Source of the DNA: Deltaproteobacteria bacterium
Lineage (GTDB): Bacteria; Desulfobacterota; Deferrimicrobia; Deferrimicrobiales; Deferrimicrobiaceae
NCBI GenBank assembly: GCA_025357175.1
Contig: JANXPS010000018.1
Span: 1-38,393 of the forward strand
Direction: 5' to 3'
DNA length: 38,393 nt
Shown here piece by piece: positions 22,065 through 32,422 of this stretch. Below the pieces are notes generated by a model that saw nothing but the letters and a program-made list of their open reading frames with translations, ran no database searches and was not told where the DNA came from. The translations under genes and the position numbers were made by a program. Within the stretch, counting starts at the first letter, position 1, and each line of letters begins with the position of its first letter.

Positions 22065-23170
22065 TCCCCGTCCGCCCCGACATATTCGACGTGACCGGCT
22101 CCCGCGAGGCGATCTCGATCGATTTCGGGACGGTTTCCGGCCTTGGTCCCGATCGGAACGGCGTGGCCGCCACGCTCGAGACGCGCGTCATCATGTCGCC
22201 GCTGATCGCCGCCCGCGTCGCCACGCTTCTCGAAAACAACATCCGCAAATACGAGGCCGCCTTCGGCGAACTGACGCAGGAAGTGCCGCCCCGGCCCGTG
22301 GGCCGGACCGAGTCCGACCTGCTGTTCGACCCGGTGCCCGGCCTGAGCATCGACGGAAGCGCCGACCGGGCCGCCTTCCTGTTCGAGTCGGTCGAGCGTC
22401 TCGGCATCCCCTACGCCTACGAACGGTCGTTCAAGCTGATGGCCGGCACGATCCTCCCGAACCGCTTCCTGTGCGGGGTCAAGAAGGGTTTCCTCGGGGA
22501 CGGATCCGACGGGATCCTGATCGAACTCTGCCGCAAGATCGGGATGCCGCCGCAGTTCCTCGAAACGTTCGCAAGCCGTGTCCAACACGCCGACTACGTC
22601 CATTTCGGCTTCGAAGAGGGCGTTTCCGGCTGCATCTACAAGGTCTACATCGAATTCGACGTCGGCCTGAAGCGGGAGCATGTCGACCTCCGCCACATGC
22701 CGGCGGAACCGTTCGAACTCCACATCGCGTTCAAGTGGTCTCCCGCGGACGAGTCGGTCCGCGCCGTTTCCCGGTACACCGGTTTTCCATTCATGACGAA
22801 GGAAACGATCGAAGGGCGGATCGCCGACATCTGCCGCGACGCGCCGGACGGCGAGTGCCTCGGACTGACGGGCCGCCTCCTCGACCGGGTTTACGGAAAG
22901 CTGCCGCTTCACGGTTTCTTCTACGTCGAGGTCCGGGAGGAGGGCAACCCGAGGGTTTCCTTCGACGTGAAGGTCTACGAGGCGGGAATCCCGATGCGGG
23001 AGATCTTCCCGATCGCCGACGGCTACCGCAGGCACTTCGCCATTCCCGACGACCGCTTCCTCCCGCTGTACGAGCGGATCGGCGATTCGACGTTCGGGCA
23101 CGTCACGGGGGGGATCGACCGGAGCGGGAACGAGTTCCTGACGCTCTATTTCGGAGTCGAGTGGCGCTGA
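22061..23170 (+). CDS. DUF3467-like N-terminal module (~75 aa) fused to an unrecognised ~290-aa domain
   Basis: TTG at 22061 overlaps the upstream TGA (TTGA, 22061-22064); GTG at 22091 is an alternative. N-terminal IFDVTGSREAISIDFGT...LETRVIMSPLIAARVATLLENNIRKYEAAFGEL aligns with the two small paralogs. The listed ORF start at 21344 overlaps the previous gene in another frame. Confidence 0.75.
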   Translation: MIPVRPDIFDVTGSREAISIDFGTVSGLGPDRNGVAATLETRVIMSPLIAARVATLLENNIRKYEAAFGELTQEVPPRPVGRTESDLLFDPVPGLSIDGSADRAAFLFESVERLGIPYAYERSFKLMAGTILPNRFLCGVKKGFLGDGSDGILIELCRKIGMPPQFLETFASRVQHADYVHFGFEEGVSGCIYKVYIEFDVGLKREHVDLRHMPAEPFELHIAFKWSPADESVRAVSRYTGFPFMTKETIEGRIADICRDAPDGECLGLTGRLLDRVYGKLPLHGFFYVEVREEGNPRVSFDVKVYEAGIPMREIFPIADGYRRHFAIPDDRFLPLYERIGDSTFGHVTGGIDRSGNEFLTLYFGVEWR

Positions 23171-26100
23171 TCCGGCAGCAGCGGTTCGATCAGGTGCACC
23201 GGCAGTTTCAGCGTCCGCTCCAGAATCCCCAGCAGTCCCGACCCGACACCGGCCGTCGGAATGATCGAAACGCCCGGGTCGCCGAGCGGCCCGCTGACCT
23301 TGAACGGAACCGCGACCAGCCGTCCCTTCAGGATATAGCGGACGATCGGGATCAGCCGGATGATCGAATCGACGGTCTTGAACGGAGATGCGACCAGGAC
23401 GGCGTCCACGGTTTTCCGGGAGATATCGACCTCGCCCTCCGCCGCGATGTTCGCGGAGGCCGCGTCGAGCACCAGGTGGGGAACCTTGATCCGTCCGTTC
23501 GCGAGTTCGCCCTTGATCTTCAGCGAGTTGTAGGCGAAGCCGTCTTCAGCGAGATCCGGCACCTTCCCGACTAGAATCTGGGTGACGTTCAGCAGGGCGA
23601 GCACCTTCATCAGGACGTTGGCCTTGTGGATCCGGCCTTTTCGCGCCTCGAACGACAGCGGGCCGTGCAGTGAGGACACGAGCGCATCGCCCCGGCCCAC
23701 CCCGGTCACGTGCGCGGACAGCGTGTACGTCCCGGTCATCCGGAAATCCTTTTCCCCCATGCACGCGAGCGACGCCTCGACCGGCTGATCTGCCGCCGTC
23801 GCCTTGAGGTCGACCGACGTCCCCTCCGGGGTGACGCGAATGGCTCCGGATGTCTCGATGCCGCAAAGCTTCGACTCGTTCACGACCACCGACACCGCCT
23901 GGGGGGCCAGCCCGACATCGGCCCGGAACGGCTTCCATGCGAACGTCTTCCATGTGAACGCGTCCGCGGTCACCCGGACCGTTCCGGTGACCGGGAGCCG
24001 CCACGGCCTTGCCGAAGTTCCGGGGGCGGGGCCGTACCGCGCGAGTTCATGTTCGATCTCTTCCCATGAAAACGTGGAGGCGTGGACGTCGAGGTCGGCC
24101 GTGATGCCGTCGGTGCCGTTGACGAGCGTCCCCTTGAGGGTGAACGGTTTCCCATCCCACGCGAGATCGGCCGGGCCCACGGTGAGGCGGACGCCCGCGG
24201 CCTCGAGGGAAAGGCGGGAAACGGTCAGCGGGCCCAGCAATTCGGGAAAGTGAAGCGACCGGGCTTCGAGCGTCCCCTTCGCGTGGATTCGAACCACGTT
24301 GTCGCGCGGAATCCGGAGGCGGATGTCGCCCGCGATCCACTCGTTTCCCGGTTCCCTGCCCGGAAACAGACGGCTGACCGAGGAGGCGGCCAGATGGCCG
24401 GCGAAACGGAGCGTCAATCCGCCAGGCGTGTGGCTCAGGGAGCCGGTTGCGTCGGAGTCCGCGTCGCGAAGCGATGCCGACCGGATCTCGAGCGCTCCCG
24501 GACGGCCCGACAGATCCAGGGTGACGACCGGCCCGTCCGTGACGGAGAAGGAGCCGGAGAGGGCCGCCGTGTTGTCGTCTGCGAGCATGAGGCGCACCCC
24601 CGAAAGGGTGACGGGCGCGCGCGGGGAGAAGGCGGGCGGGAGCTTGCCGAGCGCCATTAAGCGACGGACCGATTCGGGACCGAGGATGCCTCCGAGACCC
24701 GACGCCTCGACGGCGTGCCTTTCCCCCCGGATCCCGGTCCACGCCCCGGACCCGGCCAGTTCGGCGTCTAGCAGCGATCCCCGCAGCGCCTCGAAGGCAA
24801 GCGAGTCCGCCGCCGCCGTGACCTTTCCGGAGTGGAGCGTCAGCGGTCCCGGAAGTTTGCCCCCCGACAGGCGAAGCTCGTGCATCGTTCCGGTACCTTC
24901 GAATCGCAGCGACTGCGGCCGGAGCAGCGCGCCCTCCAGCCGGGAGACCGACAGGTCAAGCGTCCCCCCGGAGGCCGTGATCCCTCCGGTTGCGGAGGCC
25001 GCCCAGGGCGACGTCGCGACCCAGGCCGAGATTTCCCCCGGGTCGGCCTCGACCCGGCCGGAAACGTTGTCGACCGGGTAATCGCCGCCAACCTTCATGC
25101 GACCTGAAACGGCCGAGAACTTTGTGCGGCCGAGCGTGCCCGAGTGCCCGGTGAGCCGGATCGTGTCCCCGGACAGTGCGAAGAAACCGTCTGAAACCGT
25201 GAAGGGGAGGGGAACCCTCCGGTGCCGCCCGGCGAGCCGGATCGAAGATGCGGCCACGGCGGTGCGGACCCCCGAATCGTCTCCTTCCAGCGTCAGTCGT
25301 CCGGTCGCGCTCCCCTCGAGCGAGGAGATGTCGGCGAAGAGCGCGGCGGCCTCTGCGGGTAGCGGAAGGCGGGCCATGACGCCGGGGAGCTGCGACAGGT
25401 CGGCGTGCAGAGGGGCTTCGACCCGGAACGGAGTTCCTTTCCGGGCGAAGGAGACCGCGACGGAGGCATCGGATGTCCGGGAATTCCCGAGTGAAGCGGA
25501 AATGCCGCGTGCTTTCAGCGCTCCCCCGTCGAGTGACACGTCGCCGCGCACCGCTTCAAGATCCAGATTTCCGGGGCCGACATGGATCAGGGCGTCGCGA
25601 AGGCTCGCCCGCAGCCTCATCGCGGCCAGGGTGGCCAACCCGGACGGGAAACGTCCCTGCGATGAAATGTCGAGCGACGGGATCGTGCCGCCCCGGAGCC
25701 AGTCGAAGATGTCGGGGAGGGGGTCGAGGTCGCCCGCGAAGGAAAGGAGGGTCTCCCGGGCCGCTCCGATATTCACATTCCCGGCATGGAGGGAGGCTGT
25801 TGCCCGGGAGGTGGGGAAATCCAGGTGGAAATCTCCGGACGCGTCGAGTCGCGGGGCGGATGCGGACAGCCGGAGCGCGTTCAGCGCCAGCGCCTTCTCG
25901 TCGAGGCGGATCGCGCCGGAGAAACGGATGTCGCGGGCATCGATTCGTCGGGCGGAACGACGGACGGAAATCGCGGGGACGCTTCCCTTGAAATCGGCGC
26001 GCAGCGTCCGGAAGTCGGCGCATTCGAAATCGGCTTCGGCATCGGGGAAGGCGCCGGAAAGGACGAGGGCGGGGTGCGGAGGCAGGAACGGCGCCAGCTT

Positions 26101-26772
26101 GTCGCCCGCGAGGTGCGTGACGCGGAACGTCCCGGTGGCCTTGAGGCCGTCGGGGTCCAGGCGGACCTTCGCCGTCAGCCGTTCCCAAAGCGACGACGCG
26201 CAGGCGATTTCAATGTCGAGCCTGCCGGGGGGCGCATCGATGCGAGCGGAGAGGCCGGTCGCGTCATACAGGACGATGCCGTCCCGCAGGAGCGTCAGTC
26301 GTCCGCGCGACAGTTCGATCACCGCACCCGGAATGGCGTCCGAAAGGGCGGTCAGCAGCTTCGCGCTCTTCTCGCGGAGCTCCCGGAGCGTCAGCGGTTT
26401 TTTGTGCGCATTGTCCGTGGACGGAAGGGTGATCCGGAAATCGGGCGCGTCGGCCTGCACTTCCGCAAGCCGGAATTCCTTTCGGAAGAGGGAGATGATC
26501 GTGGGGGATATCTTCAGCGTCTCGACCGTCCCGTCGGCGATTCCCGGGATCAGCACTTTTGCCCGGTGCAGCACGACCCGGGGGCGCGGAAAGAAAGCGA
26601 GTTCGATCCGTTCGCACGAGAGGCGCGCGCCGAACGCGCGGGAGGCGGTTTCCATGATGCGGACGCGGACCGCGTCCAGGTTGATCCACCGGGGCGCGAA
26701 AAGGAGCCCCCCGAAGAGCGCGAGGAGGGTCAGTAGAATTGCGGCCGCCGTCCGTAAACCGATTCGTCGCAT
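23146..26772 (-). CDS. AsmA-family / YhdP-like large envelope protein (1208 aa)
   Basis: N-terminal anchor MRRIGLRTAAAILLTLLALFGGLLFAPRW plus an AsmA-type start (RLSCERIELAFFPRPRVVLHRAKV). AsmA-like C-terminal region: DGFAYNSLKIKGELANGRIKVPHLVLDAASANIAAEGEVDISRKTVDAVLVASPFKTVDSIIRLIPIVRYILKGRLVAVPFKVSGPLGDPGVS. GGAGAGG Shine-Dalgarno on the minus strand (plus 26781-26787). Confidence 0.85.
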   Translation of the reverse strand: MRRIGLRTAAAILLTLLALFGGLLFAPRWINLDAVRVRIMETASRAFGARLSCERIELAFFPRPRVVLHRAKVLIPGIADGTVETLKISPTIISLFRKEFRLAEVQADAPDFRITLPSTDNAHKKPLTLRELREKSAKLLTALSDAIPGAVIELSRGRLTLLRDGIVLYDATGLSARIDAPPGRLDIEIACASSLWERLTAKVRLDPDGLKATGTFRVTHLAGDKLAPFLPPHPALVLSGAFPDAEADFECADFRTLRADFKGSVPAISVRRSARRIDARDIRFSGAIRLDEKALALNALRLSASAPRLDASGDFHLDFPTSRATASLHAGNVNIGAARETLLSFAGDLDPLPDIFDWLRGGTIPSLDISSQGRFPSGLATLAAMRLRASLRDALIHVGPGNLDLEAVRGDVSLDGGALKARGISASLGNSRTSDASVAVSFARKGTPFRVEAPLHADLSQLPGVMARLPLPAEAAALFADISSLEGSATGRLTLEGDDSGVRTAVAASSIRLAGRHRRVPLPFTVSDGFFALSGDTIRLTGHSGTLGRTKFSAVSGRMKVGGDYPVDNVSGRVEADPGEISAWVATSPWAASATGGITASGGTLDLSVSRLEGALLRPQSLRFEGTGTMHELRLSGGKLPGPLTLHSGKVTAAADSLAFEALRGSLLDAELAGSGAWTGIRGERHAVEASGLGGILGPESVRRLMALGKLPPAFSPRAPVTLSGVRLMLADDNTAALSGSFSVTDGPVVTLDLSGRPGALEIRSASLRDADSDATGSLSHTPGGLTLRFAGHLAASSVSRLFPGREPGNEWIAGDIRLRIPRDNVVRIHAKGTLEARSLHFPELLGPLTVSRLSLEAAGVRLTVGPADLAWDGKPFTLKGTLVNGTDGITADLDVHASTFSWEEIEHELARYGPAPGTSARPWRLPVTGTVRVTADAFTWKTFAWKPFRADVGLAPQAVSVVVNESKLCGIETSGAIRVTPEGTSVDLKATAADQPVEASLACMGEKDFRMTGTYTLSAHVTGVGRGDALVSSLHGPLSFEARKGRIHKANVLMKVLALLNVTQILVGKVPDLAEDGFAYNSLKIKGELANGRIKVPHLVLDAASANIAAEGEVDISRKTVDAVLVASPFKTVDSIIRLIPIVRYILKGRLVAVPFKVSGPLGDPGVSIIPTAGVGSGLLGILERTLKLPVHLIEPLLPDQRHSTPK

Positions 26773-26796
26773 CTTCGATTCCTCTCCGATGCCCCG

Positions 26797-26802
26797 ATTA
26801 TA
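26797..26802 (-). promoter_or_regulatory. Candidate -10 box (perfect TATAAT on the minus strand) upstream of the AsmA-like gene
   Basis: Plus-strand attata at 26797-26802 reads TATAAT on the minus strand, about 25 nt upstream of the ATG at 26772 and just upstream of the SD. I could not identify a convincing -35. Confidence 0.25.
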
Positions 26803-26929
26803 ATACCGACCTGCCGGAACCGGCCCTCGAAACCGTCCAGGAACAGCTTTCGGGATCGTTGCAAACCCGCGTTCGCGTCACCCCCGTTTCCCTTGGCGAC
26901 GCGGAGATCATCGAAGTCGGTGCGCCGGT

Positions 26930-28207
26930 CTACCCGATGCAGGCCCGGTTGCGCCCGGCGTCTTTCGCGGCATAAAGGGCGGCGTCGGCCCGGGCGATCA
27001 GCCGCTCGACGGTCTCGCCCTGATGCAGGAGGGCGATGCCGATGCTGACCGTCAGCCGAACGGGTTCCCCCGCGTCCACCGCCGCCTTCAGCGATTCCAC
27101 GTGCTCCCGAAGCCGTTCCGCGGCCGACGACGCCTGGTCCAGCGGCGTCTCGGGCATGATCACGAGGAACTCCTCCCCGCCGTAGCGGCAGACGACGTCG
27201 TATCCCCGGAGCGTGGACCGGATCGCCTGCGCGACGGCCTTGAGAACCGCATCGCCGGCACCGTGCCCGCGCGTGTCGTTGACCCGCTTGAAATGATCGA
27301 TGTCGACCATGAGGACCGACAACGGCCTTTCCTGACGCCTGGCTCTCGCCTCCTCCAGCTCGGCCAGGCGGAACATTTCCCGACGGGTCAAAAGCCCCGT
27401 CAGCGAGTCGCGGGTCGCCATCTCGACGAGCCGCTCCTCGGCCGCCCGAAGCTCGGTCAGGAAGGAGCGGGAAATGGTGCCGATGATCCCGAAGGTGACT
27501 CCGAGGATCGCCAGCGCGGACAGCAGGAGGTAGTCGCGGTGGATCCTGATCCGCCGGATCAGCCTAGTGGCGTCGATCGTCACGCTGATGCCGCCCCGGA
27601 CATCCCCCTCCTTGTATCCCTGGAATGCGTGGCAGAGAAGGCAGGCTTTCCCGACCGCGAGAGGCGCCATGTACCGGAAGAAGGTCTTCCCCGCCCGGGT
27701 TTCGTAGACGGATGCCTCCTTCGCGCCCCGTTTGAAATCGGAGAGCGCCGCACGCTCGAAGCCGTCGGGTGCGTTCGCCGGGTTGAGCGGTTTGTCGCTC
27801 GTGATCCGGAACCCGAAGACGCCGTTCTTTTCGGCGAGTTCGGATATCTCGCGCGTGACGAGCGCGGGGTTCTTGAGGGTGTACGCTTCCCCCGATTCGT
27901 CCCGGATCACGACCTTCAGGCCGGGAACCTTGAGGAGCCACGGGTTGTTTTCGACGCCGGGCCGCATCCGGACGTAAACCCCGCCATGGTCGGATATCCA
28001 TTCGCGGTGGAGGACGATCTGGGTGAAGAAGGCGCGGCCCTGCCCCAGCATCTGCTCGCGAAGCATCGCGGTAGCATCGATGTGGAAGCCCCAGAATATC
28101 GAGAGGATGACCGGGGCGACGAGGAGGAAGAGCCACCAAAGGTATTTCCGGACGAACCTGGACGAAAAGGTTTCCGGTGGGGGAACCCGGGAAGGGGGGA
28201 ATGTCAT
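26930..28207 (-). CDS. Diguanylate cyclase (GGDEF) with an N-terminal DUF3365/Tll0287-like c-type-heme sensor domain
   Basis: N-terminal TM, then a periplasmic domain with CLLCH (plus 27629-27643). Second TM: YLLLSALAILGVTFGIIG. GGDEF domain with RYGGEEF and an RGYD I-site 5 residues upstream. DHFKRVNDTRGHGAGD. Confidence 0.85.
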   Translation of the reverse strand: MTFPPSRVPPPETFSSRFVRKYLWWLFLLVAPVILSIFWGFHIDATAMLREQMLGQGRAFFTQIVLHREWISDHGGVYVRMRPGVENNPWLLKVPGLKVVIRDESGEAYTLKNPALVTREISELAEKNGVFGFRITSDKPLNPANAPDGFERAALSDFKRGAKEASVYETRAGKTFFRYMAPLAVGKACLLCHAFQGYKEGDVRGGISVTIDATRLIRRIRIHRDYLLLSALAILGVTFGIIGTISRSFLTELRAAEERLVEMATRDSLTGLLTRREMFRLAELEEARARRQERPLSVLMVDIDHFKRVNDTRGHGAGDAVLKAVAQAIRSTLRGYDVVCRYGGEEFLVIMPETPLDQASSAAERLREHVESLKAAVDAGEPVRLTVSIGIALLHQGETVERLIARADAALYAAKDAGRNRACIG

Positions 28208-28225
28208 GGACCGGTGCCCGATCCG

Positions 28226-29512
28226 TCAGCGCCTGGGCGACCAGGACGCGGAACCGATCCCCGGCAGTCCTGAAAAGACGCGGCGCGAGGTGCGTCCGTC
28301 GATCGAGATGATCCGCAATTCGGAGCGGCCCTTTTCCTGGAATGTGTATGCCAGGAATCGTCCGTCCGGGGAAAAGGTCGGGTCGATGTAATCGCCGCCG
28401 CCCGAGAGGAGCTGGCGAAGGTCGGACCCGTCGGGGCGCACGAGCATCAGGGAGAATTTGCCGTGTTCCTGCGAGGTGAAGGCGATCTGGTCGCCCGCCG
28501 GGGACCAGCAGGGCGAGGTGGCGAATCTCCCCGCCGGGGTGATCAGCCGCTCGGACGCCGTTTTCCCGAGTTCCTTCACGAATATGCCCGGGGAACCGTT
28601 CCGGTCGGAGACGAACGCCATGAGCGTCCCGTCCGGCGAGACCGTCGGCGAGGTCGAAATGGCGCCGCTGGCGACGCGGGCCGGGCTCTCGCCGTCAACC
28701 GGCAACGCGTAGATGTCGGTGCTGCCGGATTCGCTTTTGGAATAATAGAGGATGTCGCCGGATGGGGAGAAGCCGCCGGGCGACATGGAGGAGCCGGACG
28801 AGACGAGGACGTCTTCGCGCCGGGATTCGACGTCGAGCAGGTAGATCCGGGGAACACCGGTTCTGAAAGACGTGAAGGCGATCGTGCGGCCGCCCGGCGC
28901 CCAGCGCGGGAACAGGTTGAAGCTCCCGTTGCCCGTCACCTGCCTCAGGTTTTCCCCGTCGATCCCGACGACGTAGATTTCCTTGCCCCGGCCGGTTTCC
29001 CCCCCGGCGACCGGGTGGGCGGAAAAGGCGATATCGGTGTCGAAGATGCCCCGAACCCCGGTGAAAGCGAACGGGACGTCGTTCGCGAGCCGGTGAGCGG
29101 CCATCCGGTGCCCTCCCGGCGGGGCCGAGTACTTCCTCCCGAAAATCAGGGCGTTGCCGGCCGTGTCGAGGATCCGCACCTCGAGCGTCAGGGCGTCGGC
29201 CCGTTGCCCCACTTTTCCGGCCAGCACGGCCCCAGCCGCTTCCGGGGCGACCAGGTCGAATGTCGAAGTCAGCCCGAGGTCGCCCGCGACGATCGCCGCG
29301 ATTTCCCTGCCGAGCCCGGGAGATGCATCTCCTTCTACGACGAAGTCGGGGATCGCCAGCGCGATCCTGTGTTCGCCGGAGAGTTCCCGGCCCGCTTCCG
29401 CCTTTCGCGCCGCCTTGCCCGCCCCCGTGCAATAACCGTCGGTCCCCGATGTAAAGAAAAATGCCAGCAGCGCCGGAAAGAGCCAGATCATTTCACGCCG
29501 TCTTCCAGGCAT
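28226..29512 (-). CDS. TolB-like periplasmic beta-propeller protein (428 aa)
   Basis: TolB_N-like IALAIPDFVVEGDASPGLGREIAAIVAGDLGLTSTFDLV followed by repeated PD40-type blades (PRWAPGGRTIAFTS, GGFSPSGDILYYS, PTVSPDGTLMAFVS, PCWSPAGDQIAFTS, PTFSPDGRFLAYT). An alternative start is ATG at 29491 (MIWLFPALL...). Confidence 0.85.
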   Translation of the reverse strand: MPGRRREMIWLFPALLAFFFTSGTDGYCTGAGKAARKAEAGRELSGEHRIALAIPDFVVEGDASPGLGREIAAIVAGDLGLTSTFDLVAPEAAGAVLAGKVGQRADALTLEVRILDTAGNALIFGRKYSAPPGGHRMAAHRLANDVPFAFTGVRGIFDTDIAFSAHPVAGGETGRGKEIYVVGIDGENLRQVTGNGSFNLFPRWAPGGRTIAFTSFRTGVPRIYLLDVESRREDVLVSSGSSMSPGGFSPSGDILYYSKSESGSTDIYALPVDGESPARVASGAISTSPTVSPDGTLMAFVSDRNGSPGIFVKELGKTASERLITPAGRFATSPCWSPAGDQIAFTSQEHGKFSLMLVRPDGSDLRQLLSGGGDYIDPTFSPDGRFLAYTFQEKGRSELRIISIDGRTSRRVFSGLPGIGSASWSPRR

Positions 29513-29636
29513 CGAGCGATTCCTCCGATATGACTTCCCGCTTGAAACCCGCGGGGGAAAGGTTCGTAATGTTAATCAGGGTATCAATCGGGACGGCAAC
29601 CTCCAGACCAACGTTAACAACCGGAGGTACGAAGCG

Positions 29637-29939
29637 ATGTTCTCTCCCACCGGTCTCTACGCATGCGCCGCCTTGTTCATCTCGATCATGTTCGCATCCA
29701 GGTTCCTCTCAAGGAAAAAGACGGCGGGGCTGGTCCTGGCCGCGGCCGCTTTCACGGCGGTCGAGTCGGGGCTCCTGACCGATTTCGGGCTGCCGCTGCC
29801 CGCAGGCCTGCTGCTGGTCCTTGCCGGGATCCGGGTGCAGCTTTTCGCCTCGGCCGCAATCCTGGCGATCAACCTGCTGCTGGGATGGCTCCTCTTTCGG
29901 CTGATCCCGGGGCACGGGGCGCACCCGCACCACGCCTGA
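29637..29939 (+). CDS. Small hydrophobic membrane protein (100 aa), unknown function
   Basis: GGAGG at 29623-29627, 9 nt before ATG 29637. G/C-rich third positions. Three predicted hydrophobic helices and a His-rich tail (GHGAHPHHA). Confidence 0.55.
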   Translation: MFSPTGLYACAALFISIMFASRFLSRKKTAGLVLAAAAFTAVESGLLTDFGLPLPAGLLLVLAGIRVQLFASAAILAINLLLGWLLFRLIPGHGAHPHHA

Positions 29940-29948
29940 CGGGCCGGG

Positions 29949-32366
<2,418 letters not shown>

Positions 32367-32422
32367 ACCTGTACTGTCGACCCTGTCCGTCTGTTATCTA
32401 TCGGCAAAACGCGCGCGGATGT

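Noticed and set aside
23546-26803. ORFs overlapping the AsmA-like gene, both plus-strand antisense and minus-strand alternative-frame (for example 25097-26803 + 568 aa, 25786-26736 +, 24299-25081 +, 24047-24742 -, 25556-26188 -)
   Set aside because: They show Ser/Arg/Pro-rich low-complexity translations. They lie opposite or out of frame with a CDS that has clear AsmA N- and C-terminal signatures.
29940-29948. Possible bidirectional terminator between the convergent small membrane gene and the histidine kinase
   Set aside because: Only 9 nt separate the two stop codons. The flanking tgac/gtca arms give just 4 bp of pairing, which is not a credible hairpin.
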